DNA of 64,000 bases from Wickerhamiella versatilis (GCA_030867685.1 JAQOWU010000003.1:1-64000), one strand, 5' to 3'. Positions 44,101 through 55,060 are shown, counted from the stretch's first letter. Numbers and translations: made by a program. The notes: generated from the letters alone by a model not told the origin.

Positions 44101-44872
44101 ACCCAAGACACGTACACCAAGTGTGGATATATATACGTCAAAAACTGGGCATGAAAGCTACTCAATATTGCCGGTTACCACCACTTCCACATATGGTAGT
44201 GCCTCAGAAACTATCCCAGAAAATCGTGCCAGATCTTCTGCTATCATTACAAGTAATCAGGAAAGATCCTCTGGCTCTCCCCACTCCTCAAGCAGATCAG
44301 AGCCAATCCAGTCAATTCCTAGTAGTGAGGCCATCGCATCCATGAGCAGCTCCATGTCAATAATATTAGGTACTTCAAGTGTGACCTCTAATCTGGTCAG
44401 TTCTACATCTCAGGTAACAGAGGAAAGAAATCGCTCACCATCGCAATTCACTGGTTCCACGCAGGTTACCGATGCATCCCAGACGATTGAAAGCAATAGT
44501 AACACGTTGTCTCATATTGGTAGTCCCATACAGGGGACCACTACTGCTCAGGGCGATGAAAGCAGTCGTCTCTCAACGTCCAGTTCAGATAACTCTAAGC
44601 AAGGATCTCCTGCAGCCCAGGCAACAGAAAACAATACCTCTTCACCGAACCATTCAGGCAGTCCTACACAGGTGACTCCTACAGCTCTGGATACAGAAAG
44701 TGGCAGCTCTTTACCGCTCAGCACTAGCGGTTCCAGGCATGTCTCTCCTGCAGCCCAGGGAAGAGAGAGTACTGCACCAGCATTGTCAAATTCTGGCTCT
44801 CCCGTTAAACCCTCTGGCAGACTTTTTGTTACAGCATTTGTTGTTCCAATTATTGCTTTAGCCATTTTCTAG
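41102..44872 (+). CDS. Flocculin/adhesin with PA14(GLEYA)-type lectin domain, Thr-rich tandem repeats, Ser/Thr stalk and GPI signal
   Basis: Signal peptide; YFPPVTGTYKF..ADDG (DcisD-like), YPIEMVFIN; 13 x 42-aa repeats; hydrophobic C-terminus. Confidence 0.92.
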   Translation: MLSTMISNGYHFSVLLLAFSFFAGAWAQYPPWDRPASSPTLTANGCPRPRATGSPGFNVDYWHWKLDDNSVDTDQQILVDGFRRYGPYLDGSGKQLTASGISGSDINFDNYHSGSTFSERHGRVYGNYVTDTNFAMNMSAFYFPPVTGTYKFHFTADDGIGFRLGNGGSCCGSVSEIIGSELQVNTFGANGNFASGEGTYRTHDVFIYLDSDFMYPIEMVFINYYQAALLSVTVQTPQSDNYGPLEDVYQVNANNEYCAETTITAPWTQTFTSTYFTEITESATTKGEVIYRPPTLYGQTTTVGYTGVQPTTVSTDDVITSYDHTYTLTDVTVETPTQLPGKSTTIPWTGTFPTTISTDKIITTYGNTYTVPDVTVETTTFSPTGETTTIPGASPTTISTDDVFTLSSHTYTVPDVTIETTTFSPTGETTTIPGASPTTISTDDVFTLSSHTYTVPDVVVETTTFSPTGETTMIPGASPTTISTNEVFNISSNTYTVPDVVVETTTFSPTGETTTIPGASPTTISTDDVFTLSSHIYTVPDVVVETTTFSPTGVTTMIPGAYPTTISTNEVFNISSHTYTVPEVIIETTTFSPTGETTTIPGASPTTISTNEVFNISSNTYTVPDVVVETTTFSPTGETTTIPGALPTTISTNEVFNISSNTYTVPDVIVETTTFSPTGETTTIPGALPTTISTNDVFTLSSHTYTVPDVVVETTSFSPTGETTTIPGASPTTISTNEVFNISSNTYTVPEVIIETTTFSPAGETTAVPGVSPTTISTDDVFTLSSHTYTVPDVTVETTTFSPTGVTTMVPGASPTTISTNEVFNISSHTYTVPEVIVETTTFSPAGETTTIPGALPTTISTNDVFTLSSHTYTVPDVTVETTTFSPKGETTTVPGVSPTTISTDELFTLSSHTYTVPDVIIRATTGLSTTRKSSALPSSSIPSSTHSNMASTSSGVETTSLSSMPRTISSSGNDGLSKTSRRIQWPSSGNFTYRMPSLSPKTRTPSVDIYTSKTGHESYSILPVTTTSTYGSASETIPENRARSSAIITSNQERSSGSPHSSSRSEPIQSIPSSEAIASMSSSMSIILGTSSVTSNLVSSTSQVTEERNRSPSQFTGSTQVTDASQTIESNSNTLSHIGSPIQGTTTAQGDESSRLSTSSSDNSKQGSPAAQATENNTSSPNHSGSPTQVTPTALDTESGSSLPLSTSGSRHVSPAAQGRESTAPALSNSGSPVKPSGRLFVTAFVVPIIALAIF
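42230..43867 (+). repeat. Intragenic 126-bp tandem repeat, 13 copies plus about 2 degenerate upstream
   Basis: tctccaactggag at 42245, 42371 etc.; unit ETTTFSPTGETTTIPGASPTTISTDDVFTLSSHTYTVPDVVV. Confidence 0.95.
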
Positions 44873-45181
44873 GCGCAAAATCTAAAATCTCTGTATCACT
44901 ATTTAGATATAATCTCTATTCCTCTATCTTATGGCGATTGCTCTAAAATAAATTAAGCTCAAACTGCTGCCCGTAAATTCTGATTGGTATGATGATACGG
45001 CCCAGTCGATCTCCAAGCAACCTGCCTCATTTTCAGAAAGTCATTTTACTATCTCCTGATTCCTATTCCTACATTAAGGATGAGGCGACATGCGTGTGTG
45101 TTGAATTCGGAACACTTTTTAAACCATTATATAGATATTTATGGTATTTGCCCTTTCCCTATCAATTTGTTCTATGAACAT

Positions 45182-45259
45182 GCTATCTTGCATAGCCCAA
45201 CTCGTCAGGAAATCGGGTCTCTCAGCCGAAAAAAAAAGGAAGTGGACAGTGCAAGGTAT
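45182..45259. repeat. Inverted pair of ~40-bp motif copies
   Basis: gctatcttgcatagcccaactcgtcagg (+, 45182-45209) and tggacagtgcaaggtat (-, 45243-45259). Confidence 0.7.
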
Positions 45260-45469
45260 AAAAGTATTTTCAAAACAATATATTGATTATTTGTCAAATA
45301 CTCTGAGTATTTGCTATCCAAATTCTCTGGTGGTATCAAAGCCGCATGATGCATTCTCCTCACTGCACGTGCTTGGTACCCCTACCCTGCACGCGGAATA
45401 TCAGGTACTTCGAGAGCACGTGAATTTTTCAGGAATTCCGCTTCTTACCAATCTATAAATGTCTTAAAT

Positions 45470-48125
45470 ATGATTCGATCAGAGATCTCGACTAGGTATG
45501 GGATGATTAGTTTCTGTCTGGCTATTCTTACAACATCGTCACTCTCTGCTGCTCAGCCATTCGGTGGCAGTGATGCTTACGACTCTTATGTAGACACAAG
45601 CTATCAGTATACAGGCCCTGATGCCCCGATTAGAGATTGGAATGATCAGACAATTAATGGCAACGGTAGGGGATATCCTCGACTCACTGAACCTCCCGCT
45701 GTTCAACCATCTTCAGAAGATGTCACAAACAACGTGAACGTGATATCGCTCTCCTATCTCCCAGACGGAATGCACATCCATTATCAGACACCCTTTGGCC
45801 TTGGAAGAGACCCTAGTGTTCACTGGGGTCAAACCCCTGATAACCTCGATCATACTTCCATTGGCATCTCGCGCACATACGAGCGGACTCCACCTTGTTC
45901 ATCACGACCAGTAACTCAATGCAGTGAGTTCTTTCATGAAGTTCAGCTAACTGGACTCGAGCCCGATAAGACTTACTACTACAAAATCCCTTCCGCCAAC
46001 GGTACCACCGAATCGCAAATCCTTAAGTTTAAGACTGCTCGAGCTGCTGGAAACAACTGAAGATTCACTGCAGCGGTACTCAATGATATGGGCTACAAAA
46101 ATGCTAAGTCGACCCACAAATATCTCAGTCAATCCTTATCCGGTGATGATCCTATATCGTTTGCCTGGCACGGTGGAGATATCAGTTACGCTGACAATTG
46201 GGGCGGCTCTCCAGGAGGTGATATGAGCGTTATATATGAGTCGAACTGGGATATATGGCAACAGTGGATGAGCAACATTACGTCGTCCATTGCATATATG
46301 GTAAATGCCAGGAAATCATGAAGTGACCTGTACAGAAGGTGATGGAAAAAACCATATTCTGACCCCTTACTTGAATGAGAACAAAACGAATACCACTGCA
46401 CCTAAGAGTGAGCTGACGTACTATAGTTGTCCGGTGTCGCAACGGAACTTCACGTCATATCAGCACCGCTTCCGGATGCCAGGTGAGGAGACAAGTGGCG
46501 TTTCCAACTTCTGGTACTCTTTCGACTATGGTCTTGCTCATTTCATTTCGCTGGATGGTGAGACAGATTTTCCAAATAGCCCAGAGTCTACGTTCAGTGC
46601 CGACGACTCATCTGGTAAACCATCTAAGGACGAAACTGTGGTGATGAACAGCGGACCATTTGGCTACATAAACGGAGATTACAAAAGCAATCAAGCTTAC
46701 GAACAGTATAACTGGCTGAAAAATGATCTCGCGTCAATAAATCGGACTAGGACACCTTGGGTTTTTGTCAACTGTCACCGCCCGATGTACGCTGGATACA
46801 ATACAGGCTACGAAGAGCATATGAGGAATGCTTTTGAAGACCTTTTACTTGAGTACGGTGTCGACGTCTTCTATGGTGGACACATGCACTGGTATGAGCG
46901 TACTTATCCGCTTAAATCCAACGGTAAAATAGACCAGAAATCCGTGAAGGATGACAATACGGTCCTCATTAATGGGGGGCAATCTATCACCCATATTGTG
47001 AATGGAATGGCCGGTGACGTAGAAAATCACAGTCACTTGCCAAAGGGTCAAAATTCTCCTCTCGATATAGTAGCTATGCATGATGAAACAAACTTTGGCT
47101 TCAGCAAACTGACGGTTTTCAATGAGTCTGTTGCATACTCCGAATTTGTTGGCGGTGAGGAAGGCACTGTGCTTGACTATGTTTGGTTCATAAGATCATC
47201 AGATAACAAAGATAACTCCTCTGCAACCACTAGGTCATCTTCCAAAACTTCCAGCACATTGGGCGGTGCATCTTCTGCAGCTCAGATTAGTACTTTATCA
47301 CCTGACCATAAGAATGTATCAAGCCAAGGCTCTATCCGGACAACCACGCCTTCATCCAGTCACAACTCTATTCCAACAGCCGGAAATTCAATTGGAACTA
47401 TCTCTAATTCAAGCTTGATGAATCAACCCAGCAGCACGGTAGATATAGCGACTACTGGCAAATTTGCTGAAAGTAGCTCTAGAGCAACTTCAAGAGGAGC
47501 AAGTACGCCATCAGGATTATCTACAACCGGGAAACCGTTGAGATCACCCAGTCATAAGTCCCAGCCAAAGAGAAGTGGAATTTCAATTGAAATCCCTTTG
47601 ACCTCAAGCGTTATAACGCAACCCACTACGGTTGCTGCAACCACTCGGACCGGGGCTGAAAGAGATTCCGAGACAAGTTCAGAAGAAAGGAATACATCCT
47701 CAGAGTCATTCGTTAATAACCCCATCACAGAATACACAACTGTCGTGTCAGAATATACTACTTTTTGCCCTTCAGCTACTAAGTTCAGTGTTAATGGTAA
47801 GACATACACCGCTACAGAAGCCACCTCAATCACAATTCAAGATTGCCCATGTATACTTACGCTTAATGCATGGAATACCAAACTTTCACAGAGGGAGAGC
47901 GCCACACACACTGAAATTGATTACAAGACCCAGATTGATGGCATTGCTAAGTCACAAAGCACATCCTCTGGGACTACTAAGAGGAGGTACCCTATTAACT
48001 CTGTTACCACAAATACCTCGGTGATTGCTAGTGATTCTGCTGCTCTTCTAAACACAAACGGTGGTGGATTATCAGTTATAAATACTGGTGCTGCTTTTCT
48101 GGGTATGTTATGTCTCCTGATGTAG
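45470..48125 (+). pseudogene. Purple acid phosphatase (AphA-like) with cell-wall/GPI tail; in-frame TGA and +1 frameshift
   Basis: FN3-like N-domain (FFHEVQLTGLEPDKTYYYKI), VLNDMG, HGGDISYAD, PGNHE, HRPMY, GHMHWYER; TGA 46058-46060; extra A near 46304. Confidence 0.88.
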
Positions 48126-48204
48126 TTAAACATAAAGTAGCTGTTTTGGTAATTATACCTAAATGTATTATAGAATTCGTAGAGCAATTTCATCCCCGTC
48201 GGCC

Positions 48205-50160
48205 TTATGCATTTCTTTCACCCTCGAAAAACCACGTGCTTAAGAGACTGTAGATGAGCATAGGTGATACATGAAACACGATAGAACGAGATCCATCAGA
48301 ACAGAAGCCATTTATAAACTCAGCTATACCTGACACTGGTTCGATAGAGCAATCTAGTGCATCATCATCACAACCAATTATGAATTCATCACCCTTCCAC
48401 CGTCCCAATCGGCGGCCATCTGGATTGCTATTTATAAATCCGATTTCAAAGATAATTGAAACACAAAACCATATAATGGTGTAACCATAAAGACACTTAG
48501 CACAAAATCCCTTCGATATTTTCCCCACCTTAATGCCTTTATTAATATACCCTAATAGCAGCATGGCTCCAAAAGCCTCGACCAATATCAAAATGCAAAG
48601 GGTCAAAAATACACCGATGTTTTTCGTATGCATTCCTAGAATAAGAAACAGCTGTCCGCATATCTGTGATAGAAAAATGAAGTGATTTCTCCACCTCGAA
48701 AGTGTGAGCTTCTTATCATGCGACAGTGAGTCAAGAGTTACGCATATCAAAGCCACATGCGCCAATATATAACGACCTCCATCTGCACCAGAGTATGAAT
48801 TCACTAACGACGTTGATGCAATGTATCCTGAAATTGTAATTAACGAGAAAGACATAATGGTCTGACTCTCGAAGACTATGCATTTAAGACTCATTAGTGC
48901 ATATGCCAAATATTGGAGAAGACAGTCGCCGAGAATTGCCGTGTCGTTGAACCCCTTGATTATGTGGTACCAATCCGTAGCGTTTTGAAAAAAAGATACA
49001 TACCAATCATCATAATTAGTCTCATTCGTTCCCAAAGAAGCCATAATAATCTCTTCACCTTTGTTAAACTTATCAACTTGATCTTCAAAGGATAAGTAAA
49101 TATACGAGTTGAAACAAGTATATCCAGCCATGAAGATTGCCGTAATTAAATAAATGAAAATAACCTGTCTCTCGCGCGCAACCAGAGAGCTTCGGGAGTA
49201 CTCTATACAGCTGCCTCTTTCGTCGCCATCGATATCCTTAGGTTCAACGCTATTGATTTCATGTTCTAATCTGCCCAGAAGATTGTATATATACACAGAT
49301 GAAATGCATATAGCCATGGAATAAACCGAGATTATCTTCAACCCACTGTTTACATCGTCGTATGAGAGATAGTACCACGGATCATATTCCAAATTATCCG
49401 ACAACGGAGATGCTTCATCCAGTATGCTTTCTACGTCCACGCTAAAAAACATCTGCACAAAAAGATTAAGACCCACCCAGATAACAGTTGAAAAATTGAC
49501 TATTTCGCCACATTCCCATCTCAACATACTTTGAAGACCAGCGGTCTTAAGTCCCAAAATCACAAGCGTGGTGGCACAAAGCCCACCCAGAGGCAAGATA
49601 TCGAGGGTAAAAACAGTCAACGAAAAATTACCAGTTATCATAGATATAAATATCAGCAGGCTCACGGCCAGATTCAAGTTCAAAAAGAGGTCTCGCCAAC
49701 AGGATAAGCTTTGTTTTACCTCTTTCGGAAGCAAGCTCAGGGTAAGACATATTATTGCCGTGCAATCCAGTAACTCACGCACCACTAGCATACTATCCTG
49801 AGAGGAGTCCAAAAATTCAATAGTAGCTGAATATCCACATAATTGCAGGGTACACAGTAGAAGCATATCCACGAAATGTGGCATTCGGCCCCCAAACAAG
49901 ACTAGTATCGCAGATAAAATGCAGAATGAAACTTGAAAAAGTGTCATATAAGATAACCCAACATTTCCTACCATTACATACCCCCCGTCGAGCCGCCATT
50001 TTCCAGAATATCTAATATTTTCGAATGACCCCTGATCACTGGTGAAGAGGTGCTTGAGTATCAACATCAAATAAAGCAAGAAGTAAAATGTTCGGTGATC
50101 ATGCTTAATCCATGCGGAAATACCTGCGCTTCTTTTCATGATTGAGGTGCCGCCCTGCAT
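48205..50160 (-). CDS. Orphan multi-pass membrane protein with internal duplication (paralog of 2710..4452)
   Basis: 651 aa; two related segments AIICLTLSLLPKEVKQSLSCWRDLF and ALICVTLDSLSHDKKLTLSRWRNHF. Confidence 0.75.
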   Translation of the reverse strand: MQGGTSIMKRSAGISAWIKHDHRTFYFLLYLMLILKHLFTSDQGSFENIRYSGKWRLDGGYVMVGNVGLSYMTLFQVSFCILSAILVLFGGRMPHFVDMLLLCTLQLCGYSATIEFLDSSQDSMLVVRELLDCTAIICLTLSLLPKEVKQSLSCWRDLFLNLNLAVSLLIFISMITGNFSLTVFTLDILPLGGLCATTLVILGLKTAGLQSMLRWECGEIVNFSTVIWVGLNLFVQMFFSVDVESILDEASPLSDNLEYDPWYYLSYDDVNSGLKIISVYSMAICISSVYIYNLLGRLEHEINSVEPKDIDGDERGSCIEYSRSSLVARERQVIFIYLITAIFMAGYTCFNSYIYLSFEDQVDKFNKGEEIIMASLGTNETNYDDWYVSFFQNATDWYHIIKGFNDTAILGDCLLQYLAYALMSLKCIVFESQTIMSFSLITISGYIASTSLVNSYSGADGGRYILAHVALICVTLDSLSHDKKLTLSRWRNHFIFLSQICGQLFLILGMHTKNIGVFLTLCILILVEAFGAMLLLGYINKGIKVGKISKGFCAKCLYGYTIIWFCVSIIFEIGFINSNPDGRRLGRWKGDEFIIGCDDDALDCSIEPVSGIAEFINGFCSDGSRSIVFHVSPMLIYSLLSTWFFEGERNA

Positions 50161-50179
50161 TGTCCAACTTGCTCACAGG
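50147..50179 (+). repeat. Right-half copy of ~40-bp motif
   Basis: tgcattgtccaac exact at 50156-50168, followed by ttgctcacagg. Confidence 0.65.
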
Positions 50180-51436
50180 ACAAAACAAGGTGGTTGATGG
50201 AGCTGAGTAAGCTTCGTCGCTTCTTAGTGCTGGGATAATGGTCCACACCCTCTAGTTATGTAGAGTATCTTTCAACAGATTTGAGTAACAATAAAAAGAG
50301 AAATATCTATGGTGGATTCAGTGGCTTATCAAGCTGAAACTGGCTACCCTGAACTGTTGAATTAGTCGTTGGAAGCTGGAAAAGCGAGAGTATGTGATGC
50401 ACAGTGGTGAGAAACTAGTATTTACTTAAGCATAGAGTGGGAATTAACATGAGCAAAATTCCTCAATCCATGCTACCTTCTGCCACATGCACGTATTGCA
50501 TGAATTGAAGCTTTCGTTCAAGTGCTGCAAATTGAGCCGACTAAATATGTATTTCACCGGGTACTATATCTATATATGACTCTCATGGGTTCCCAAGCAC
50601 TATTTAGCTTTAGTGGTTTGCCTTTTCTATTCACTTTTTATCTAATAGTATGTCATGGATTTATACTTCGTAGTCAAGTATCGTAATGTCAGGGTTCTTG
50701 ATTGAATTCTGGTGGAAAGTCTATGCCCAGTAGATAATAATACAAAAAAGGCCATTGCAGACATATCGAGGTTTGCAGCATTTAAATCTATGGAACTGTG
50801 TTAAACAGAATGATTATGGGCTTTTTATTCTCCTTGACCACCCCATAAATACGAACAACGAACAACTTTCTCCGGTGGTATTCATATATGAATCTCTAAG
50901 ACAAGGGGAGACTATTCAATCTTAATTACATACATGGGTCTAGATATGGTTTCACTGCACACCATTTGGTCATGATATGCAGATATTACGTCGTGGTAAG
51001 TATTGTCTTCGTAAGCACAGACAAGGTCGTCATTGGTGAAACAAATTTGGTCAAGCAATCAGAGAGTCTAGCATTTATTAACGAGGTTCGCCAAGTAAAG
51101 TGGATTCTCAGAAATCTAATCCACTGCTACGAATTTTGTGAGCTTCATCCAAAAGGAATAGGTCGATGCTACATAAACTACAAACTTTATGTAATGCCAG
51201 GATGCAAACAGGTTTTTCGCCTCTTGAATCTCTAGAGTACTGAAAATTGAGCCCGCTAGCATCTAGTAGTGATTAGATAGAAGCTCTTGTGGGATATCTA
51301 CAGAACTAGTACCACTATAAACATATGGTTAATTGACAATGATTATTAAATAGCATTACATCTTGCATAAATGTTTGGTTTGTCATCTGCAGCTGACCAC
51401 AGTTTTAATCTTAAGTTCTCATTGTCGCTCTCAAGA

Positions 51437-51462
51437 GTGGGATATCTTGCATTGTGTAACCA
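51437..51462 (+). repeat. Copy of ~40-bp motif (short remnant also at 51289-51310)
   Basis: gtgggatatcttgcattgtgtaacca. Confidence 0.85.
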
Positions 51463-51620
51463 ATAAATTTTGGAGAGCAAGATGGGAATAGACTGCACTG
51501 CATGAAATATAGCGGCATCTGACCAATTGATATAACAATCTATGCAGCTCCGATTATTTTTGGGCAAGGTCTTCTCAATTTTGATTACTTTTCCACCAGG
51601 AGGTTTCACGTGGTTCCCTC

Positions 51621-52307
51621 ATGAAATTTTCGATTATTTTTTCCAGCCTCTTGTCTCTTGCGAGGGCAGACGTGATTGATCACGACAAAGTTGTGGGGTA
51701 TCCGGATAGTTTCGGCGAATTCGCCTCAAAGTTCCAGCCTTACTTACAGATAGTGACTGGTTGCGTGTCCTTTCCAGCGGTTGATAAAGATGGAAACGTG
51801 AGTGGCGGCTTAAAACTTGGTGGTCCTGAGAATGGTGATTGTACTAAGAGTGTGGGGCAGGTATATTCTAGACATATGGAGTACAAGGACTATTGTGCTC
51901 TAATGTATTCTTGGTATATGCCCAAGGATCAGAGCACAGATTTAGAAACGCTGGCAGGCCATCGACATGACTGGGAAAACGTCATAGTATGGCTCACATC
52001 ATGCGATTTGGATGCCGATATTAAAGCGGTTTCTTACTCTTATCATTCTACTCATGTTACGCTTACCTCAGGCATCCCTCTAAACGGCTCCCATCCTTTG
52101 GTCGAATATGCCCAGGTGCCATTTCCGCTGGATCATTCCATGTTCCCAACTAATGATGTGGGTGAAATGCAGCCTGGTGTTGAATGGTATAATTTAACTT
52201 CGGCTTCTCGTGATGCACTAGAGAATTACGATTTTGGAGCTGCGACTGTGCCTTTCAACAACAAAACCTTTGAGTCGAAAGTCTCTGCTTTTTTCTTTGA
52301 AAATTAA
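51621..52307 (+). CDS. Necrosis- and ethylene-inducing peptide 1-like protein (NPP1/NLP, type 1)
   Basis: Signal peptide; IDHDKV, GCVSFPAVD..GNVSGGL, C..SVGQVY, ALMYSWYMPKD, GHRHDWE heptapeptide. Confidence 0.95.
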   Translation: MKFSIIFSSLLSLARADVIDHDKVVGYPDSFGEFASKFQPYLQIVTGCVSFPAVDKDGNVSGGLKLGGPENGDCTKSVGQVYSRHMEYKDYCALMYSWYMPKDQSTDLETLAGHRHDWENVIVWLTSCDLDADIKAVSYSYHSTHVTLTSGIPLNGSHPLVEYAQVPFPLDHSMFPTNDVGEMQPGVEWYNLTSASRDALENYDFGAATVPFNNKTFESKVSAFFFEN

Positions 52308-53220
52308 ATAAACGTGGTAAGTATTAAATGGTCTAAGTAGATAATCCAAGGTTATCAGGGGGCATCGTCAATTAGAGTAACTTTCGTTTGATTTGTCTAT
52401 GTATATCTCAGGGTCATCATGAAGGTACCTGTATCAAATCCTTGCTTCATGAAGCATTAGCAGTGACACTCCATTTATGCATTGGTTGAAAAAATAGATT
52501 TTAGCAGCATCAGAAAGATAGTAAAGCCGTTGGGTGCTTTTCTCTTACGGGGTTTCTTATATAATCACTACCACTGCTGGCATTTTTTAATCGTTTTATA
52601 TCTTAAACATATACGGAAAAACTATTTATCGCATTTTTCAACTACTCTTAAGCGTGATCTGAGGAATCGTTTTCTGGCTGCACGTAGTCTTTTCGTTTTA
52701 TTGATGTCATGGCTAACACCACAAGTCTAGAGTTAAGGAAAGGATATTGGCCATACTCGTGTCTATATAGTGATAGATATGATAATCTATTAAAAGCTTT
52801 ACATGAGTTATATTGCATTTTCCCGCACTGCTTAATGATTTGTTCGATCCATAAGCTTCCAAACAATGGCTTGATTGAAGGGTTGAAGACTCACCAAGAT
52901 TGAATTTTATTGATTGACCACACATACCAATCTGCGAGTATATTTGCCAGCAAGAGCAGCAATGGAATCATACGACCGCTTTGGGGAACTATTATCATCC
53001 TCGAGTTGGCGATACCCTGGGTGGATACTCGACAAGAAAGCCACAAGGGTATCATCACTGAACTTTAAAGGGGAGAGTCGGCATTGAAAACAGTTTAGAG
53101 AATGCCTAATGACTCATCTTAAATTGACACTATTAAGTTCGGGTTCCAGAGGTGTTTTCGAATATTTTCATCGCAAAATTTAACTCCCCTTTTTATTGCA
53201 ATATTCACCTTTATTCATCA

Positions 53221-53245
53221 ATGGGATATCTTGCATTTTCCAACT
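53221..53245 (+). repeat. Copy of ~40-bp motif (weaker one at 52803-52823)
   Basis: atgggatatcttgcattttccaact. Confidence 0.8.
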
Positions 53246-53530
53246 GCTTATGACTAATCTCGGAGCGTTTACCGCGATGTCGCTGACGAAATGACACTAG
53301 GCTAGGTGGTAATGAGGCCTGGGGATTGAAGCTGATGAAAAATGCAGTCTTCGGTAGCTTTATCGGACAAATCGACACATTTTCATAGTTATATTATTTT
53401 GATAACTTAAAAGTATGTTTTATTTAACCACATTCCTTGTATGACACTACATAATGTTAGATTATATCATTCGCGCATGTTGGATTATATATATGTCAAA
53501 GCAGTTCTCACTATTTTTTGAAGATATTGT

Positions 53531-55060
53531 ATGATTGACCAGGCGGAGGCTGACAGCGAGTGCTGCCGACTCAGCAATGCTGATTCAAGCAAACGTGAAG
53601 AGGAAAGAGATAAGAAGCCCTTAGCGTATACCATAGATGAGACCGGGCTCCTGTCGATCCCAGAAGATTCACCACTTCATCCTTGGAACCGAAGCTCTAT
53701 CCAGAAAACAAACAATTTAGTAATAAATGCGTGTTGTGCTCTTTTCGCTATGGATGCGGCCACTTCAACTAATGGTGCATCAACAGAGATCAGCGAGGTA
53801 TTCAACGTTAGTGGCGAAGTGGTCATGCTTAATGGCACTGCCTATTTGCTCGGCATTACTATTGGAGCAGCCCTACTGTCAATTGTCAGCGAGACCTATG
53901 GACGCAGAAGACCTCTCTGTGTGTCACTTTTCTTTTGTGGGCTTCTTACAATGATGACAGGTAACATGGATGGAATTGCACCGCTTGTAATTTACCACTT
54001 TGTGGCAGGAATTTTTGCTGGCGGACCTCTGTCGATTACCACTGGTAGCATGACTGACATACTTCGACCGGAGAATCGCATTTTCATGTCTTTAATATAT
54101 GGAAGCTGCACAACCCTTGGTGCTGCGATGGGACCGACGTTCCAAAATTTAATCTCAACACATATTTCATCAGCTTCTCAAGCGATGCGTTGGGCCGAAT
54201 GGCTTCCTGGTATTGGGGAGATGGCATTAGGTATTTATTCTTTGTTCTACCTGGAAGAAACGTATCCGCTAATTGTGGAAAAAGAATTTGTCAATGCATT
54301 AAGAAAAGCAACCGGTAACCAAAATTTAAGTTCAAGAATTCAACGTAAAGGTGCACCGACTCTAAAAAAATCGATTCTGAGACCTATAGAAATGTTTTTC
54401 CAACCCTGTTTAATATGCTATAACGGTCTTTCAGGATTTTCATACGGTGTATTTTTTATTATGATAAGCACTATTCCAGATGTGTTTGCGGGAGTATATG
54501 GTTTTGGGAGGACTGTCAGTCAGTTACCCATTTACGGGTTTGTCGCAGGGGTATTTCTTGGTTTATTCTCTATGGTAACTTTTGACCGAACCAGGGTGAA
54601 GCGAGTGGCACGCAAACTTGGTAAATATCCTCCTCCAGAAGTGTACTTGGAAATTATGATGGCGGGAGCTCTCGCTCTTTCTGCGGGGTGCTTCGTGTAC
54701 GGTTGGACTCTTTTCCCTAGTATTCACTGGCTTGTACCCACTATTGGACTTGGTATATGTGGATTTGGTTTTGCCATAATTTATAACCTGGCTATACTAT
54801 ACATGGTTCAGTTCTACACGACATCCAGAGCTTCATATTCAGCCACTGTAATCGCTACAAACCTGATGACTCGCAACCCAATGGCTGCAGGATTCCCATT
54901 ATTCTCGCGGCAAATGTATTGGACCCTTGGAAATCATTGGGCTAGCTCTCTAATTGGATTCATTTTATTATTAGGGTTTCCCGTCACAGTTATATTTTAT
55001 ATTTACGGTGATAGGATCCGCAGAAATGACCGATTTAGGAAACAGTTAGATAGCATATAA
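53531..55060 (+). CDS. MFS drug:H+ antiporter DHA1 family (Tpo/Flr-like)
   Basis: LHPWNRS, SETYGRRRP, EETYP, RPIEMFF, PPPEVYL, AAGFPLF..QMY..LGNHWASSLIGF. Confidence 0.9.
   Translation: MIDQAEADSECCRLSNADSSKREEERDKKPLAYTIDETGLLSIPEDSPLHPWNRSSIQKTNNLVINACCALFAMDAATSTNGASTEISEVFNVSGEVVMLNGTAYLLGITIGAALLSIVSETYGRRRPLCVSLFFCGLLTMMTGNMDGIAPLVIYHFVAGIFAGGPLSITTGSMTDILRPENRIFMSLIYGSCTTLGAAMGPTFQNLISTHISSASQAMRWAEWLPGIGEMALGIYSLFYLEETYPLIVEKEFVNALRKATGNQNLSSRIQRKGAPTLKKSILRPIEMFFQPCLICYNGLSGFSYGVFFIMISTIPDVFAGVYGFGRTVSQLPIYGFVAGVFLGLFSMVTFDRTRVKRVARKLGKYPPPEVYLEIMMAGALALSAGCFVYGWTLFPSIHWLVPTIGLGICGFGFAIIYNLAILYMVQFYTTSRASYSATVIATNLMTRNPMAAGFPLFSRQMYWTLGNHWASSLIGFILLLGFPVTVIFYIYGDRIRRNDRFRKQLDSI

Noticed and set aside
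46058-46310. Introns explaining the phosphatase interruptions
   Set aside because: Conserved motifs run continuously across both lesions, leaving no room for an intron, and no branch-point/acceptor pattern is seen.
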